In this document: positions 35,669-45,172 of the stretch, one piece after another | How the letters are laid out: each line of letters opens with the position of its first letter | How positions within the stretch are numbered: position 1 is the stretch's first letter | Assembly: GCA_913050195.1 (NCBI GenBank) | Contig: CAJXBJ010000003.1 | Span: 1 to 52,355, forward strand | Source of the DNA: an uncultured Saprospirales bacterium | GTDB lineage: Bacteria > Bacteroidota > Bacteroidia > Chitinophagales > CAJXBJ01 | Direction of reading: 5' to 3' | Length of the DNA: 52,355 bases | Notes under the pieces: generated by a model | Seen by the model: the letters and a program-made list of their open reading frames with translations, nothing else | What the model was told of the DNA's origin: nothing | Databases searched by the model: none | Program-made: the position numbers and the translations under genes

Positions 35669-36520
35669 TTATTGTATTAATAACTTCTTATTAATTTCAA
35701 AATGCTCATTTCGGGCTTTTAAGAAATAAATGCCGCTAGGAATTCCATTAGTGTCTAAAGCAACTTTTTTAGTTCTATTAATTGAGAAGGTCTTAATAAT
35801 GGATCCCAGATGATTTACAAGAAATATTTCAATACTTTCATTTTTAGGATTGGTCATATTGAGTTGTGTGGAACCTTTTGATGGGTTTGGAAAAACAGAC
35901 ATTTCAAAAGAACCATTCATTTCATTGATATGTGTATTGTTTTGTCCTGATGTATCAATTACCTGAGCAGTATCTATAAATAAGGTCCATACTGCAATAT
36001 CTTCTGATGGCCCTACTGCATTATTAACACCAGGTAAAGGTATACCAGGTAGGCTTGGGATAGATAGTCCTGCAGCGATATCTATATATTTTTTAACTGT
36101 AATAGTTATATCAAAAAAGCCAGTTTCTGTAGGAGTGCCTTGTATTGTAAAGCAGCCTGCACCGCCACCAGGCCAGCTACATGCTGTTGGATTACAATTT
36201 GCAATAGATAGCCCATTAGGAAGTCCAGTAATTGCATCAATAGCAACTTCATTTATAGCTGCCAAAGCTGGGAATGAAGGCACGGGTAAACCCATTACGG
36301 CAGGCACATAATTAGAAATGTCAACATAAATACTGTCATCGACTAGTATTGTATAATTCATCTGATAGGGTGTGTTTTCTGTGCCATTTGGCATCATATT
36401 AGGTGAAACACCAGAGTTGCCTGCATTTATAAAGTTTTGATTAGGTGTACATTGAGAACTTAACCCATTTATATTGACAAATAGGCATAGGACTAGCATT
36501 AGTTTAATTGCGTTTTTCAT
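35669..36520 (-). CDS. T9SS cargo protein with a putative Ig-like (He_PIG-like) region and a type-A CTD
   Basis: Signal peptide MKNAIKLMLVLCLFVNINGLSSQ. The Ig-like block reads ITGLPNGLSI..FTIQGTPTETGFFDITITV, and the C-terminus reads MSVFPNPSKGSTQLNM..GIYFLKARNE..KKLLIQ. Confidence 0.75.
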   Translation of the reverse strand: MKNAIKLMLVLCLFVNINGLSSQCTPNQNFINAGNSGVSPNMMPNGTENTPYQMNYTILVDDSIYVDISNYVPAVMGLPVPSFPALAAINEVAIDAITGLPNGLSIANCNPTACSWPGGGAGCFTIQGTPTETGFFDITITVKKYIDIAAGLSIPSLPGIPLPGVNNAVGPSEDIAVWTLFIDTAQVIDTSGQNNTHINEMNGSFEMSVFPNPSKGSTQLNMTNPKNESIEIFLVNHLGSIIKTFSINRTKKVALDTNGIPSGIYFLKARNEHFEINKKLLIQ

Positions 36521-36611
36521 GATTTTTTAATTAAGAATATTGCTTATTTAGAAGCACAAATACGACCGTGGGGACACAAAAATATAGTATTTTTGATGAT
36601 TATTTAAATCA

Positions 36612-37253
36612 TTGGAGAAAATAATATGTCATATTGCTGATGGGCACTACTTAATAAAGGAGGGGCTGAAGGCCATGTTAAGTCAATATAGTACTGTAGT
36701 ATTGACTAAAGAAGCATCAAATATTGAATCTCTTGAGTGTAATTTAAATCAAGAGGAGCCTGATGTTTTAATGTTAGATTATAAGACAATCGGTTTTAGT
36801 AACTTATCTAAGCTTAAGTCCCTCATTGATATTTACCCTGGATTAGGGGTTTTAATTATTTCAGACTTTAGGGATAGTAGTGAGGTGCAGCTTATTTTAA
36901 ATACAGGCGTGAACGGAATATTACTTAAAGAGTGTGATGAAGAGGAAATTATGGAGGCTATAGAAGCTATAGCAAATAAAGAGCGCTTTTTTTGTGGTAC
37001 AATTTTAGAAATGCTTCAGGAAAATGAAGAAGATGGTTTCAGCTGTTCGCCTGTAAATCTTTCAGAGAGAGAAATAGAGATTATAGGTTTAATAACAGAT
37101 GGTCTGAGTAGCAAGGCTATTGCTGACACGCTTTTCCTAAGTATTCATACTGTAAATACACATAGAAAAAACATCCTCAAAAAGCTTAATGTTAAGAGCA
37201 GTTCAGAGCTCGTTAACTATGCATTTAAAATAGGTATAAGGGGTTTAGTTTAA
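36612..37253 (+). CDS. Orphan NarL/FixJ (LuxR)-type response regulator
   Basis: Receiver domain (..PDVLMLDY.., LIISD, ILLKE) plus a C-terminal LuxR helix-turn-helix (LSEREIEIIGLITDGLSSKAIADTLFLSIHTVNTHRKNILKKL). TTG start; there is no upstream in-frame ATG. No histidine kinase is present in the window. Confidence 0.8.
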   Translation: MEKIICHIADGHYLIKEGLKAMLSQYSTVVLTKEASNIESLECNLNQEEPDVLMLDYKTIGFSNLSKLKSLIDIYPGLGVLIISDFRDSSEVQLILNTGVNGILLKECDEEEIMEAIEAIANKERFFCGTILEMLQENEEDGFSCSPVNLSEREIEIIGLITDGLSSKAIADTLFLSIHTVNTHRKNILKKLNVKSSSELVNYAFKIGIRGLV

Positions 37254-39871
37254 ACCTTTGCTAAATCTTCTTCTTCTTTGTAGCTTTTTACAATTTCTAA
37301 AGCATCAGGAATCACATCGCTACATACAGTGATAAAGCTACCATCTACAGCATTGTCAAGAGCATACTTAACGGCTTCTTTTTCAGATCGAATTACGCGA
37401 ATTTCTATATTGGGGTCTATCTCGTTAACTCCAATTTTCATTAATTCAACCAACTCTTCTTCTGATCTTCCACGTAAATTTTTATCACAACGAATAATGA
37501 TTTCATCAAACATCTCTGCAGCAATTTGCCCCAATTCTTTAATATCCTCGTCTCTTCTATCTCCAACGCCTGCTATAATACCCACTTTAGGCCCTTCTTC
37601 TACTTTTGACAAGTAATCTCTCAATGCTTTAAATCCAGCTGGGTTATGCGCATAATCTAACAAGACCTTAAATCTCTCGAACTCAAAAAGATTCATTCGC
37701 CCTGGAGTTTGTGTTGGAGACGGGATAAAGGTTTCTAAAGCCACTCGGATGTCTTCAATCTTAAAGTCATTAACAAATGCACTTAGCACAGCAGCTAATA
37801 CATTTTGAACATTAAAGCTTGCCTTTCCTCCATAAGTCAAAGGAATATTTACAATTTTATCAATTCGTATTTTCCAATTACCCTTGCATATTGTTACAAA
37901 CCCATTTTCAGATATGGCTGCTAGTCCTCCATTATTACAATGCTTTTTAATTCTAGGATTATTTTCATCCATGCTAAATAGGGCATACTTAGCTGGAGTC
38001 TTTTTGCGCATTTCGTATACAAGATCATCGTCCGCATTTAAAATTGCATAACCTTCAGGCATGACACTTTCTGCAACAACACCTTTCACTCTAGCCATAT
38101 CTTCTATGCTATTAATACCTTTTAGCCCTAAATGGTCGGCTGCTACATTAGTTACTATTGCTGTATTACATTTGTGAAATCCTAGTCCTGCTCTTAGTAT
38201 CCCACCTCTAGCAGTTTCTAATACAGCAAAGTTTACAGTAGGGTCTTTAAGTACAAATTCAGCACTAACAGGACCAGTACAGTCGCCTTTGTCCATCATT
38301 CTATTTTGAATGTAAATACCATCTGTTGTTGTAAAACCTACTTTATAGCCCATTGTTTTAACAATATGTGCCATTAGTCTAGTCGTTGTAGTTTTTCCAT
38401 TTGTACCTGTAATGGCAATAATTGGAATCCGGGACGAACTTCCTTTAGGATACATCATGTCGATCACAGGTTCTGCAATATTTCGAGCTAGGCCATCGGT
38501 TGGTGCAATATGCATTCTAAAACCTGGGCCTGCATTAACTTCTAATACTACACCACCATTATCATTTAAAGGTGTACTTAAATCATTAGCCATTATATCT
38601 ATACCGCAAATATCAAGACCAATAATACGAGCAATACGTTCTGCTAAAAAGATATTAAATGGATGTACTTGATCAGTTACATCTGTAGCTGTGCCACCTG
38701 TACTTAAGTTAGCAGTATTTTTTAAATAAACTGTTTTGCCTTTTTCAAGTACACTCTCAAGAGAAAGTCCTTGCTTTGCCAGTATATCTAAGGTCATCTG
38801 ATTAATAGTAATAGCAGTAAGTACTTTTTCATGCCCATATCCTCTTCTAGGGTCACTATTAACCTCATCAATTAATTCTTGAATAGTTGATTTGCCATTT
38901 CCTGTTACAGCAGCAGGTGTGCGTAAAGCAGCAGCAACAAATTTGTAATTAATTACAAGTACTCGAAAATCATGGCCTTTAATAAAGCGCTCAACAATAA
39001 CTGAACGAGAAATTTCCTTTGCTGTGTCAAAGCCCTTTAGAGCCTCTTCCCAGCTGTTTATATTAATGGTTATTCCCCGTCCATGATTTCCATTAAATGG
39101 TTTAACTACAAGTGGGTATCCCATACGGTCAACAACGCGCTCTAATTGCGATTCTCTTCGTATTACATAGCCTGATGCAACAGGAATAGCATTTGCTTCT
39201 AATAAATCTTTAGTTTCTTCTTTATCGCAAGCAATTTCTACAGCGATATTACTTGTTGTGCTACTTACCGTCGCTCTAATACGTTTTTGATTAATTCCAT
39301 ACCCTAGCTGTACCAAAGAACCTTTGTTAAGTCTTATGTAAGGTATATCTCTGGATACTGCTTCACTTACTATGCATCCAGTGCTTGGTCCAAGACGTTC
39401 TTCTTCGCGTATTTCGCGCATGATCTGAACATCTCTTTCTAGATCATAAGTTTCACCACTAATAAGATGTTCCGCAATGCGCACTGCAGATTTAGCTGCA
39501 TATCTACCAACTTCTTCTTCCATGTAATCAAAGACGACGTTATATACCGCATGTTCACCTGTTCCTCGGGTTCTTCCAAATCCACAATCCATTCCAGCCA
39601 ACGTTTGGATTTCTAGGGCTATATGTTCAATAATATGCCCCATCCATGTGCCTTCTCTTACGCGTTCAAAGAATCCACCAGCATAACCTCTTGAGCACCT
39701 ATGAGAATGCATAGAGGGGAACATAGCCTCAATACGGTCAGCAAAACCATCAATTTTATTACTCGGTTTTTCTTCTAAATCTTCAATATCCAATTTCATC
39801 ACGATAAGTTTATGACGTCTAATTGACCAATAATTAGGTCCTCTCATCGCTTTTATCTCTAAAATTTTCAT
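37250..39871 (-). CDS. cphA: Cyanophycin synthetase
   Basis: 873 aa beginning MKILEIKAMRGPNYWS..., with an ATP-grasp middle domain and a Mur-ligase-like domain carrying ITGTNGKTTTTRL. Confidence 0.93.
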   Translation of the reverse strand: MKILEIKAMRGPNYWSIRRHKLIVMKLDIEDLEEKPSNKIDGFADRIEAMFPSMHSHRCSRGYAGGFFERVREGTWMGHIIEHIALEIQTLAGMDCGFGRTRGTGEHAVYNVVFDYMEEEVGRYAAKSAVRIAEHLISGETYDLERDVQIMREIREEERLGPSTGCIVSEAVSRDIPYIRLNKGSLVQLGYGINQKRIRATVSSTTSNIAVEIACDKEETKDLLEANAIPVASGYVIRRESQLERVVDRMGYPLVVKPFNGNHGRGITININSWEEALKGFDTAKEISRSVIVERFIKGHDFRVLVINYKFVAAALRTPAAVTGNGKSTIQELIDEVNSDPRRGYGHEKVLTAITINQMTLDILAKQGLSLESVLEKGKTVYLKNTANLSTGGTATDVTDQVHPFNIFLAERIARIIGLDICGIDIMANDLSTPLNDNGGVVLEVNAGPGFRMHIAPTDGLARNIAEPVIDMMYPKGSSSRIPIIAITGTNGKTTTTRLMAHIVKTMGYKVGFTTTDGIYIQNRMMDKGDCTGPVSAEFVLKDPTVNFAVLETARGGILRAGLGFHKCNTAIVTNVAADHLGLKGINSIEDMARVKGVVAESVMPEGYAILNADDDLVYEMRKKTPAKYALFSMDENNPRIKKHCNNGGLAAISENGFVTICKGNWKIRIDKIVNIPLTYGGKASFNVQNVLAAVLSAFVNDFKIEDIRVALETFIPSPTQTPGRMNLFEFERFKVLLDYAHNPAGFKALRDYLSKVEEGPKVGIIAGVGDRRDEDIKELGQIAAEMFDEIIIRCDKNLRGRSEEELVELMKIGVNEIDPNIEIRVIRSEKEAVKYALDNAVDGSFITVCSDVIPDALEIVKSYKEEEDLAKV

Positions 39872-39960
39872 GATTTTATATTCCTTTTATCTAGTAGATA
39901 ATTTAGTTGCACAAAAGTACGAATTAATTCTTTTTTGGTATCTTCGTGCCTTCTTAAATT

Positions 39961-40854
39961 ATGATTAATACTCCTAAAGGCAAACTAATAGCCGTCGGTG
40001 GTGCGGAAAATAAAGGCGTTGAATCGGATCAGCTTTTTAAGCAATATTCAAATGCGAACTTTGCAGAATTACAGGTATTGCGACGTATTATGAAGGAGAT
40101 GAAGTCCGAAAATCCTCATATTGAGGTTATTACGACGGCTTCAATGATACCAGAAGAGGTTGGGGCAAACTACATGGATGCTTTTGAAAAATTGAATTGC
40201 ACACGAGTGAGATTAATGCCAATAAAGGATAGGGAGGATACAAATAACCCAGATTTTATTGAAAGAATTAAAAAGGCGGATGGAGTCCTTTTTTCTGGTG
40301 GGAATCAACTTCGTTTAAGTATGATCTTTGGTGGTACTGAGATTATGGATATAATACATAGGCGTTATGAAGATGAGCCTTTTGTTATAGCAGGAACTAG
40401 TGCAGGTGCTATGGCGATGTCAAATACTATGATTTATCAGGGTAGTAGTAGTGAAGCTTTATTGAAAGGCGAGGTTAAAATCACAACAGGTCTAGCATTT
40501 ATTAAGGATGTTATTATTGATTCTCATTTTGTAAAAAGAGGTCGCATAGGTCGTTTGATGCAGGCTGTTGCGACTAACCCAGGATGTATTGGTATTGGCT
40601 TGGGAGAAGATACTGGAATTCTTATTTCAGAAGGAAATAAATTTGAGGCAATTGGGTCAGGCCTGGTTATTTTAGTTGATGGTCATGGTATTAAGCATAC
40701 TAATATTGTTGAGATCAGTGATGGTAGCCCAATTTCAATAGAGAACCTTATAGTCCATGTAATGGCTAAGGGTAATGGCTATAAATTGAAAGAAAGACGT
40801 TTTTACACTTCTGTTAATAAGGAAGAAGAGGCTGTTCAGAGCCAATCTTTATAA
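39961..40854 (+). CDS. cphB: Cyanophycinase (peptidase S51)
   Basis: LIAVGGAE, FSGGNQLRL and the catalytic-Ser block IAGTSAGAMAMS; 297 aa. It is divergent from cphA. Confidence 0.9.
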   Translation: MINTPKGKLIAVGGAENKGVESDQLFKQYSNANFAELQVLRRIMKEMKSENPHIEVITTASMIPEEVGANYMDAFEKLNCTRVRLMPIKDREDTNNPDFIERIKKADGVLFSGGNQLRLSMIFGGTEIMDIIHRRYEDEPFVIAGTSAGAMAMSNTMIYQGSSSEALLKGEVKITTGLAFIKDVIIDSHFVKRGRIGRLMQAVATNPGCIGIGLGEDTGILISEGNKFEAIGSGLVILVDGHGIKHTNIVEISDGSPISIENLIVHVMAKGNGYKLKERRFYTSVNKEEEAVQSQSL

Positions 40855-41765
40855 AAGCCTACTTTAGCTTTTTCATCACTCATTTTCACGCCTCTATACA
40901 TTCCTGCTGAATTAAATGGTAGACAATAGTTTCCATTGCAGTCCATGGCAATTAGACCGCCCTCACCACCAATATCAACCATTTTCTTGTGAATAAGTTC
41001 TTGTCCAGCCTCTTTAATGTTTAATCCTTTATATTCCATTAGTGCAGACATCTCATAAGCAGAAACTGCGCGTATAAAATACTCGCCGTCACCTGTGCAA
41101 GATACAGCACAGGTTTTATTATTTGCATAAGTACCTGCCCCTATAAGAGCGCTATCACCAACCCTTCCATATTTTTTATTAGTCATACCACCAGTCGATG
41201 TCCCAGCGCATATGTTTCCAAATTTATCAAGAGCAACACAGCCAACAGTACCAAACTTTTTTTGATCTGAATGATCCAAAAAAACTTCATCTGTTTGGAG
41301 GGCATGCTGATATTGACGATACCTAAATTCAGTATGAAAGAAGGTTTCATCCTCAAATTTTAAATTATGCTCTCTAGCAAAATCTTCAGCTCCGGTGCCA
41401 GTCAAATAAACATGGCTAGAGTGTAACAATATAGCTTTGGCCAGTAATATCGGATTTCTAACAGTTTTACTTCCAGAAATTGCACCTGCTTCCAAATCAT
41501 CTCCACGCATTATACTAGCATCCATATCATGGGTTCCATCATGGGTATAAACTGAACCACGACCAGCATTAAATAATGGAGAGTCCTCCATCACTTGAAT
41601 GGCAATACAAACAGCATCCGTAGCATTACTGCCCATTTCTAAACTTTGATAGGCTTCATCCAGTGATTTTTGTAAGCAAAATTTGTATTCCTTTTCAAGT
41701 TCAGGTGTCATAGCTGAGGGCAGAATAGTACCAGCACCTCCATGAATTACTAAGCCATATTTCAT
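40836..41765 (-). CDS. iaaA: Isoaspartyl peptidase / L-asparaginase (Ntn hydrolase, beta-Asp dipeptide cleavage)
   Basis: VIHGGAG, NAGRGS, the autoprocessing site FGTVGCVALD, and GDSALIGAGTYA; 309 aa. Its 3' end overlaps cphB by 19 nt in convergent orientation. Confidence 0.85.
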   Translation of the reverse strand: MKYGLVIHGGAGTILPSAMTPELEKEYKFCLQKSLDEAYQSLEMGSNATDAVCIAIQVMEDSPLFNAGRGSVYTHDGTHDMDASIMRGDDLEAGAISGSKTVRNPILLAKAILLHSSHVYLTGTGAEDFAREHNLKFEDETFFHTEFRYRQYQHALQTDEVFLDHSDQKKFGTVGCVALDKFGNICAGTSTGGMTNKKYGRVGDSALIGAGTYANNKTCAVSCTGDGEYFIRAVSAYEMSALMEYKGLNIKEAGQELIHKKMVDIGGEGGLIAMDCNGNYCLPFNSAGMYRGVKMSDEKAKVGFYKDWL

Positions 41766-41831
41766 AATACCTAGAATTGTGTATTTATAAAAATAAGAAG
41801 AATGTTTAGTTTTGTCGCCTAATCCAAAATT

Positions 41832-42863
41832 ATGATTAAATATTTTTTATCTATATGTGTTTTGTTAGCTTATTTATTTTTAGGCTGCAAGGGTAGTGCT
41901 GAACAGGAAAAAGCAGAAGTAAACGTTTATACGCATCGTTACTATGATATTGACAAAGACCTTTTTAAAGCATTTGAGGAAGAAACAGGAGTAAAGGTTA
42001 ATGTTAAGCATGACAAAACAGATAAATTGCTTAGTCTATTAAAAGCTGAGGGTAATCAAACTCAAGCAGATCTTTTAATCACCGTTGATGCAGGTAGATT
42101 GCAGTACGCAAGAGAAATGGACCTTTTGCAATCCTTTAAGTCTACTAAAATAGATAGTAATTTGCCTCAAAATTTCAGAGATAAAGATGGGTTTTGGATG
42201 GCATTAACTAGAAGGCACAGAGTAATAGCTTATCATAAAGGGCGTTTAGATACAGCATTAGTCAAAAATTATAGTGATTTAGGAAGGCAGGAATTAAATA
42301 GTCGACTTCTTATTCGGTCATCAAATAATATTTATAATCAATCTTTAGTGGCATCATTAATAGCCAATCAAGGTGCAGAAAATGCGTATGAGATAATTAA
42401 GGGTTGGGTAGCTAATTTTGCACGAACTCCTAAGGGAAATGATAGAGATCAGGTAAAGTCAGTGGCGCTAGGTGAAGGTGACTGTGCCGTTATTAATACC
42501 TATTATATAGGTAAACTAGCCTTTTCAAAAAATGAAGAAGAGCGTAAAGCAATATCGGATATAGGTATTATTTTTCCTAATCAGGAGACCACCGGAACGC
42601 ATACTAATATATCTGGAGCAGCAATAGTTAAGCATGCGCCGAATTACAATAATGCTGTTTTGCTTTTGGAATATTTAAGTTCATTGAAAGCGCAAGAGGC
42701 ATATGCCCATAAAAATTATGAGTTTCCTGTTAATCCAGATGCGAGTTTGCCAGAATTTTTGAGTCAATGGCCAAAGTTTAAAATAGATAGCCTTGATTTG
42801 AATAGCTTAGGCTATTATAATAAAGCAGCTGTAGAATTGATGGAGAAGGAGTCATGGTTTTAA
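41832..42863 (+). CDS. Fe(3+) ABC transporter substrate-binding lipoprotein (FbpA/AfuA-like)
   Basis: Lipobox LFLGC. VNVYTHRYY..FKAFEEETGVKVNV, FWMALTRRHRVIAYH, VINTYYIGKL (tandem Tyr as in FbpA iron ligands) and ISGAAIVKHAPN resemble Haemophilus FbpA as I recall it. Confidence 0.75.
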   Translation: MIKYFLSICVLLAYLFLGCKGSAEQEKAEVNVYTHRYYDIDKDLFKAFEEETGVKVNVKHDKTDKLLSLLKAEGNQTQADLLITVDAGRLQYAREMDLLQSFKSTKIDSNLPQNFRDKDGFWMALTRRHRVIAYHKGRLDTALVKNYSDLGRQELNSRLLIRSSNNIYNQSLVASLIANQGAENAYEIIKGWVANFARTPKGNDRDQVKSVALGEGDCAVINTYYIGKLAFSKNEEERKAISDIGIIFPNQETTGTHTNISGAAIVKHAPNYNNAVLLLEYLSSLKAQEAYAHKNYEFPVNPDASLPEFLSQWPKFKIDSLDLNSLGYYNKAAVELMEKESWF

Positions 42864-44383
42864 GGGCCAGTACTATAATTATTACTGTATTTTTAATCAG
42901 TCCTTTTTTATTTCTGTTTGTAGATATTGATTGGCCCTTTATAATATCAATTATTAAAAAGCATTGGCAAAGTGATTTTCATTGGACTTCACTTAAATTA
43001 ATGGCATTAGTGTCCATTTTATCTCTTTTTTGGGCAATTATACCTGCATGGTTAATTGCCTCGAAGGATTTTTTTGGTAGATCTATATTATCGGTGCTTC
43101 ATCTTATGCCACTTTGTATTCCAGCTTATATATTGGCTTATGTGTATGATGGTGTATTAGGGGCATATGGTACCTTAATGTCTTATACAGGAGTCTATTT
43201 TGATATAAAGAATATTTGGGGACTTACATTTGTGCTATCCTTAGCTTTATATCCTTATGTCTTTCTATTAACTAAAATCAGTTTTTCTAGACAATCCTAT
43301 GATTTGATTAATGCTGCTCGTAGTCTCAGACAAAATAGGATTCAACGTTTTGCTAAGGTGATTATTCCTTTGAGTCTTCCAGCTATAATAGGGGGACTGT
43401 TTCTTTTAAATATGGAGGTGTTGAATAATTTTGGTGCTGTGAGTTTTTATGGATTGAAAACTTATACTACCGAGATAATAAGATTATGGAACCCAATGGA
43501 CCTTTCTCCTGTGAAATATCTTGGGATTAGTCTGCTGCTATTGTTAATGTTGTTTCTCATTTTAGATTACATATACTTCAGAAATAAAGAGGTGTATGAA
43601 TCAAGTGGTGCGAATGTTGGATATGATAGAAATAAGCTAAGTGGTTACAAGAATTGGCTTGCTTTTTTTGTTTGCTTATTACCTGTATTATTTGCTTTAG
43701 TATTGCCTGTTTGTCAATTATTAATATGGGGTGTGCCTTTATTTATAGAGCAATTGGATAGTGGATTTTTAGAGCTCATAATTAATACTTTGGCTGTTGC
43801 ATTACTTGCATGCTTTGTATGTGTTTTATTAAGTCTATTTCTTTCAAGTATAAAGCATATGCTGAAAGAACCTTGGATCGATAAGTTTTCAAGACTTTGG
43901 GGCCTTGGCTATACTGTGCCTGGCGTATTACTAGGGGTTGGCATATTACTAATAGCATCTGACTTGTCAAAATTATTGGGAATTGGCTTAAGTCTATCTG
44001 TTTTTACTTTAGCAGCAGCCTATACATTGCGATTTAATGCTGTTTCTTATAATGCTTTAGATAGTGCATTTAAGAAATTTCCATTGAACATTCGTGAAGC
44101 ATCTTATAATCTAGGAAAAAATAAACATCATACCTGGTTAAAGGTCGATTTGCCTTTAATACGTCCATCTTTAATTGCAGCTTTGATATTGGTGTTTGTA
44201 GAAATAATAAAGGAATTGCCGTTAACCATGTTGTTTCATCACTTTAATTTTGAGACGCTTGCAATACGAGCATATATATTGATGGAAACAGATGGAGCTA
44301 TATATGAAGCCTCTGTTCCTTCATTGATAATCATTTTTATTAGTTTTATTCCTATATGGTATCTAAATAGTAAGAGTCAATAA
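42854..44383 (+). CDS. Iron(III) ABC transporter permease (fused two-lobe, FbpB-like)
   Basis: 509-aa polytopic protein with duplicated permease lobes. It overlaps the binding-protein gene by 10 nt. Confidence 0.75.
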   Translation: MVLRASTIIITVFLISPFLFLFVDIDWPFIISIIKKHWQSDFHWTSLKLMALVSILSLFWAIIPAWLIASKDFFGRSILSVLHLMPLCIPAYILAYVYDGVLGAYGTLMSYTGVYFDIKNIWGLTFVLSLALYPYVFLLTKISFSRQSYDLINAARSLRQNRIQRFAKVIIPLSLPAIIGGLFLLNMEVLNNFGAVSFYGLKTYTTEIIRLWNPMDLSPVKYLGISLLLLLMLFLILDYIYFRNKEVYESSGANVGYDRNKLSGYKNWLAFFVCLLPVLFALVLPVCQLLIWGVPLFIEQLDSGFLELIINTLAVALLACFVCVLLSLFLSSIKHMLKEPWIDKFSRLWGLGYTVPGVLLGVGILLIASDLSKLLGIGLSLSVFTLAAAYTLRFNAVSYNALDSAFKKFPLNIREASYNLGKNKHHTWLKVDLPLIRPSLIAALILVFVEIIKELPLTMLFHHFNFETLAIRAYILMETDGAIYEASVPSLIIIFISFIPIWYLNSKSQ

Positions 44384-45099
44384 TGGCCTTTTTGAGCGTA
44401 AATAATATTTCTAAGTCTTTCAAAGAAGAGAAAGTATTACAAAATTTATCATTTGATGTTAAGAAGAGTGAGCGTGTTGCTATCATTGGTGGAAGTGGTG
44501 ATGGGAAGTCTACTTTACTTAGACTAATTGCTGGTTTTGATTATTTAGATGGGGGGCAAATAGAATTAAATGGTCAGATAATTAGTTCAGAGTTATCGCA
44601 TATGGCACCTGAGTCAAGAAATATAGGAATGGTATTTCAGAATTATGCTTTGTTTCCTCACTTAAATGTAATGGAAAATATATGTTTTGGACTTGGCGTT
44701 GACAGAAATGAAACTGATGTCAAAAAATATATCTTAATGCTTGGACTTGAAGGTATGGAAGCAAAGTATCCTCATGAGCTTTCAGGTGGACAGCAGCAGC
44801 GATTAGCGATAGGTAGAAGTTTGATTTTACGCCCGCCATTAATGTTGTTAGATGAAGTGATGAGTAATGTGGATGTATTAAATAAAAATAGCTTAATTAA
44901 AGATATATCGAATATATCTAGGGAGTTAGACTTGACTTTGTTATTTGTTACTCATGATATTAGAGATGCTGTTGCTCTGTGTGATCGTTTTTTATTTATT
45001 GAAGATGGTAAATTAGTTCAGGATGGAACCTTAAATGAAATAAGAGCTAATCCGGCCTCAGACTTTATTATGGCTCATCTTAACTTGATATTTAGATGA
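44383..45099 (+). CDS. ABC transporter ATP-binding protein, short form without a C-terminal TOBE/regulatory domain
   Basis: Walker A GGSGDGKST, Q-loop MVFQNYALFPHL, signature LSGGQQQR, Walker B LLDEVMSNVD and H-loop FVTHD. It overlaps the permease stop by 1 nt (TAATG). Confidence 0.85.
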   Translation: MAFLSVNNISKSFKEEKVLQNLSFDVKKSERVAIIGGSGDGKSTLLRLIAGFDYLDGGQIELNGQIISSELSHMAPESRNIGMVFQNYALFPHLNVMENICFGLGVDRNETDVKKYILMLGLEGMEAKYPHELSGGQQQRLAIGRSLILRPPLMLLDEVMSNVDVLNKNSLIKDISNISRELDLTLLFVTHDIRDAVALCDRFLFIEDGKLVQDGTLNEIRANPASDFIMAHLNLIFR

Positions 45100-45121
45100 A
45101 TAAAATACCCATAATTAGGTA

Positions 45122-45172
45122 TTGTTTGGGATTACTCATGCTATAACTTTGCTGCTGTTTAGAATCGTTCTA
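45122..45172 (+). promoter_or_regulatory. Candidate promoter (-33 TTG, -7 TAACTTTG) plus a 5-3-5 inverted repeat upstream of the DUF4856 operon
   Basis: TTG at 45122-45124, TAACTTTG at 45144-45151 (TAnnTTTG), then TAGAA-TCG-TTCTA at 45160-45172, roughly where transcription should start. The ATG is at 45203. Confidence 0.3.

Noticed and set aside
39872-39960. A possible shared operator in the cphA-cphB divergent region
   Set aside because: Apart from the single -7 box for cphA, I could not find a convincing palindrome or repeat. I could not identify a matching -33 element or a -7 box for cphB.
41832-45099. An alternative reading of the ABC transporter as the thiamine importer ThiBPQ (fused permease plus a short ATPase fits ThiP/ThiQ sizes)
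   Set aside because: The binding protein aligns block-by-block with FbpA as I recall it, including the tandem Tyr (NTYYIG versus NNYYWY). No TPP riboswitch-like structure precedes it, and it sits in an iron context. I keep the iron assignment at moderate confidence.
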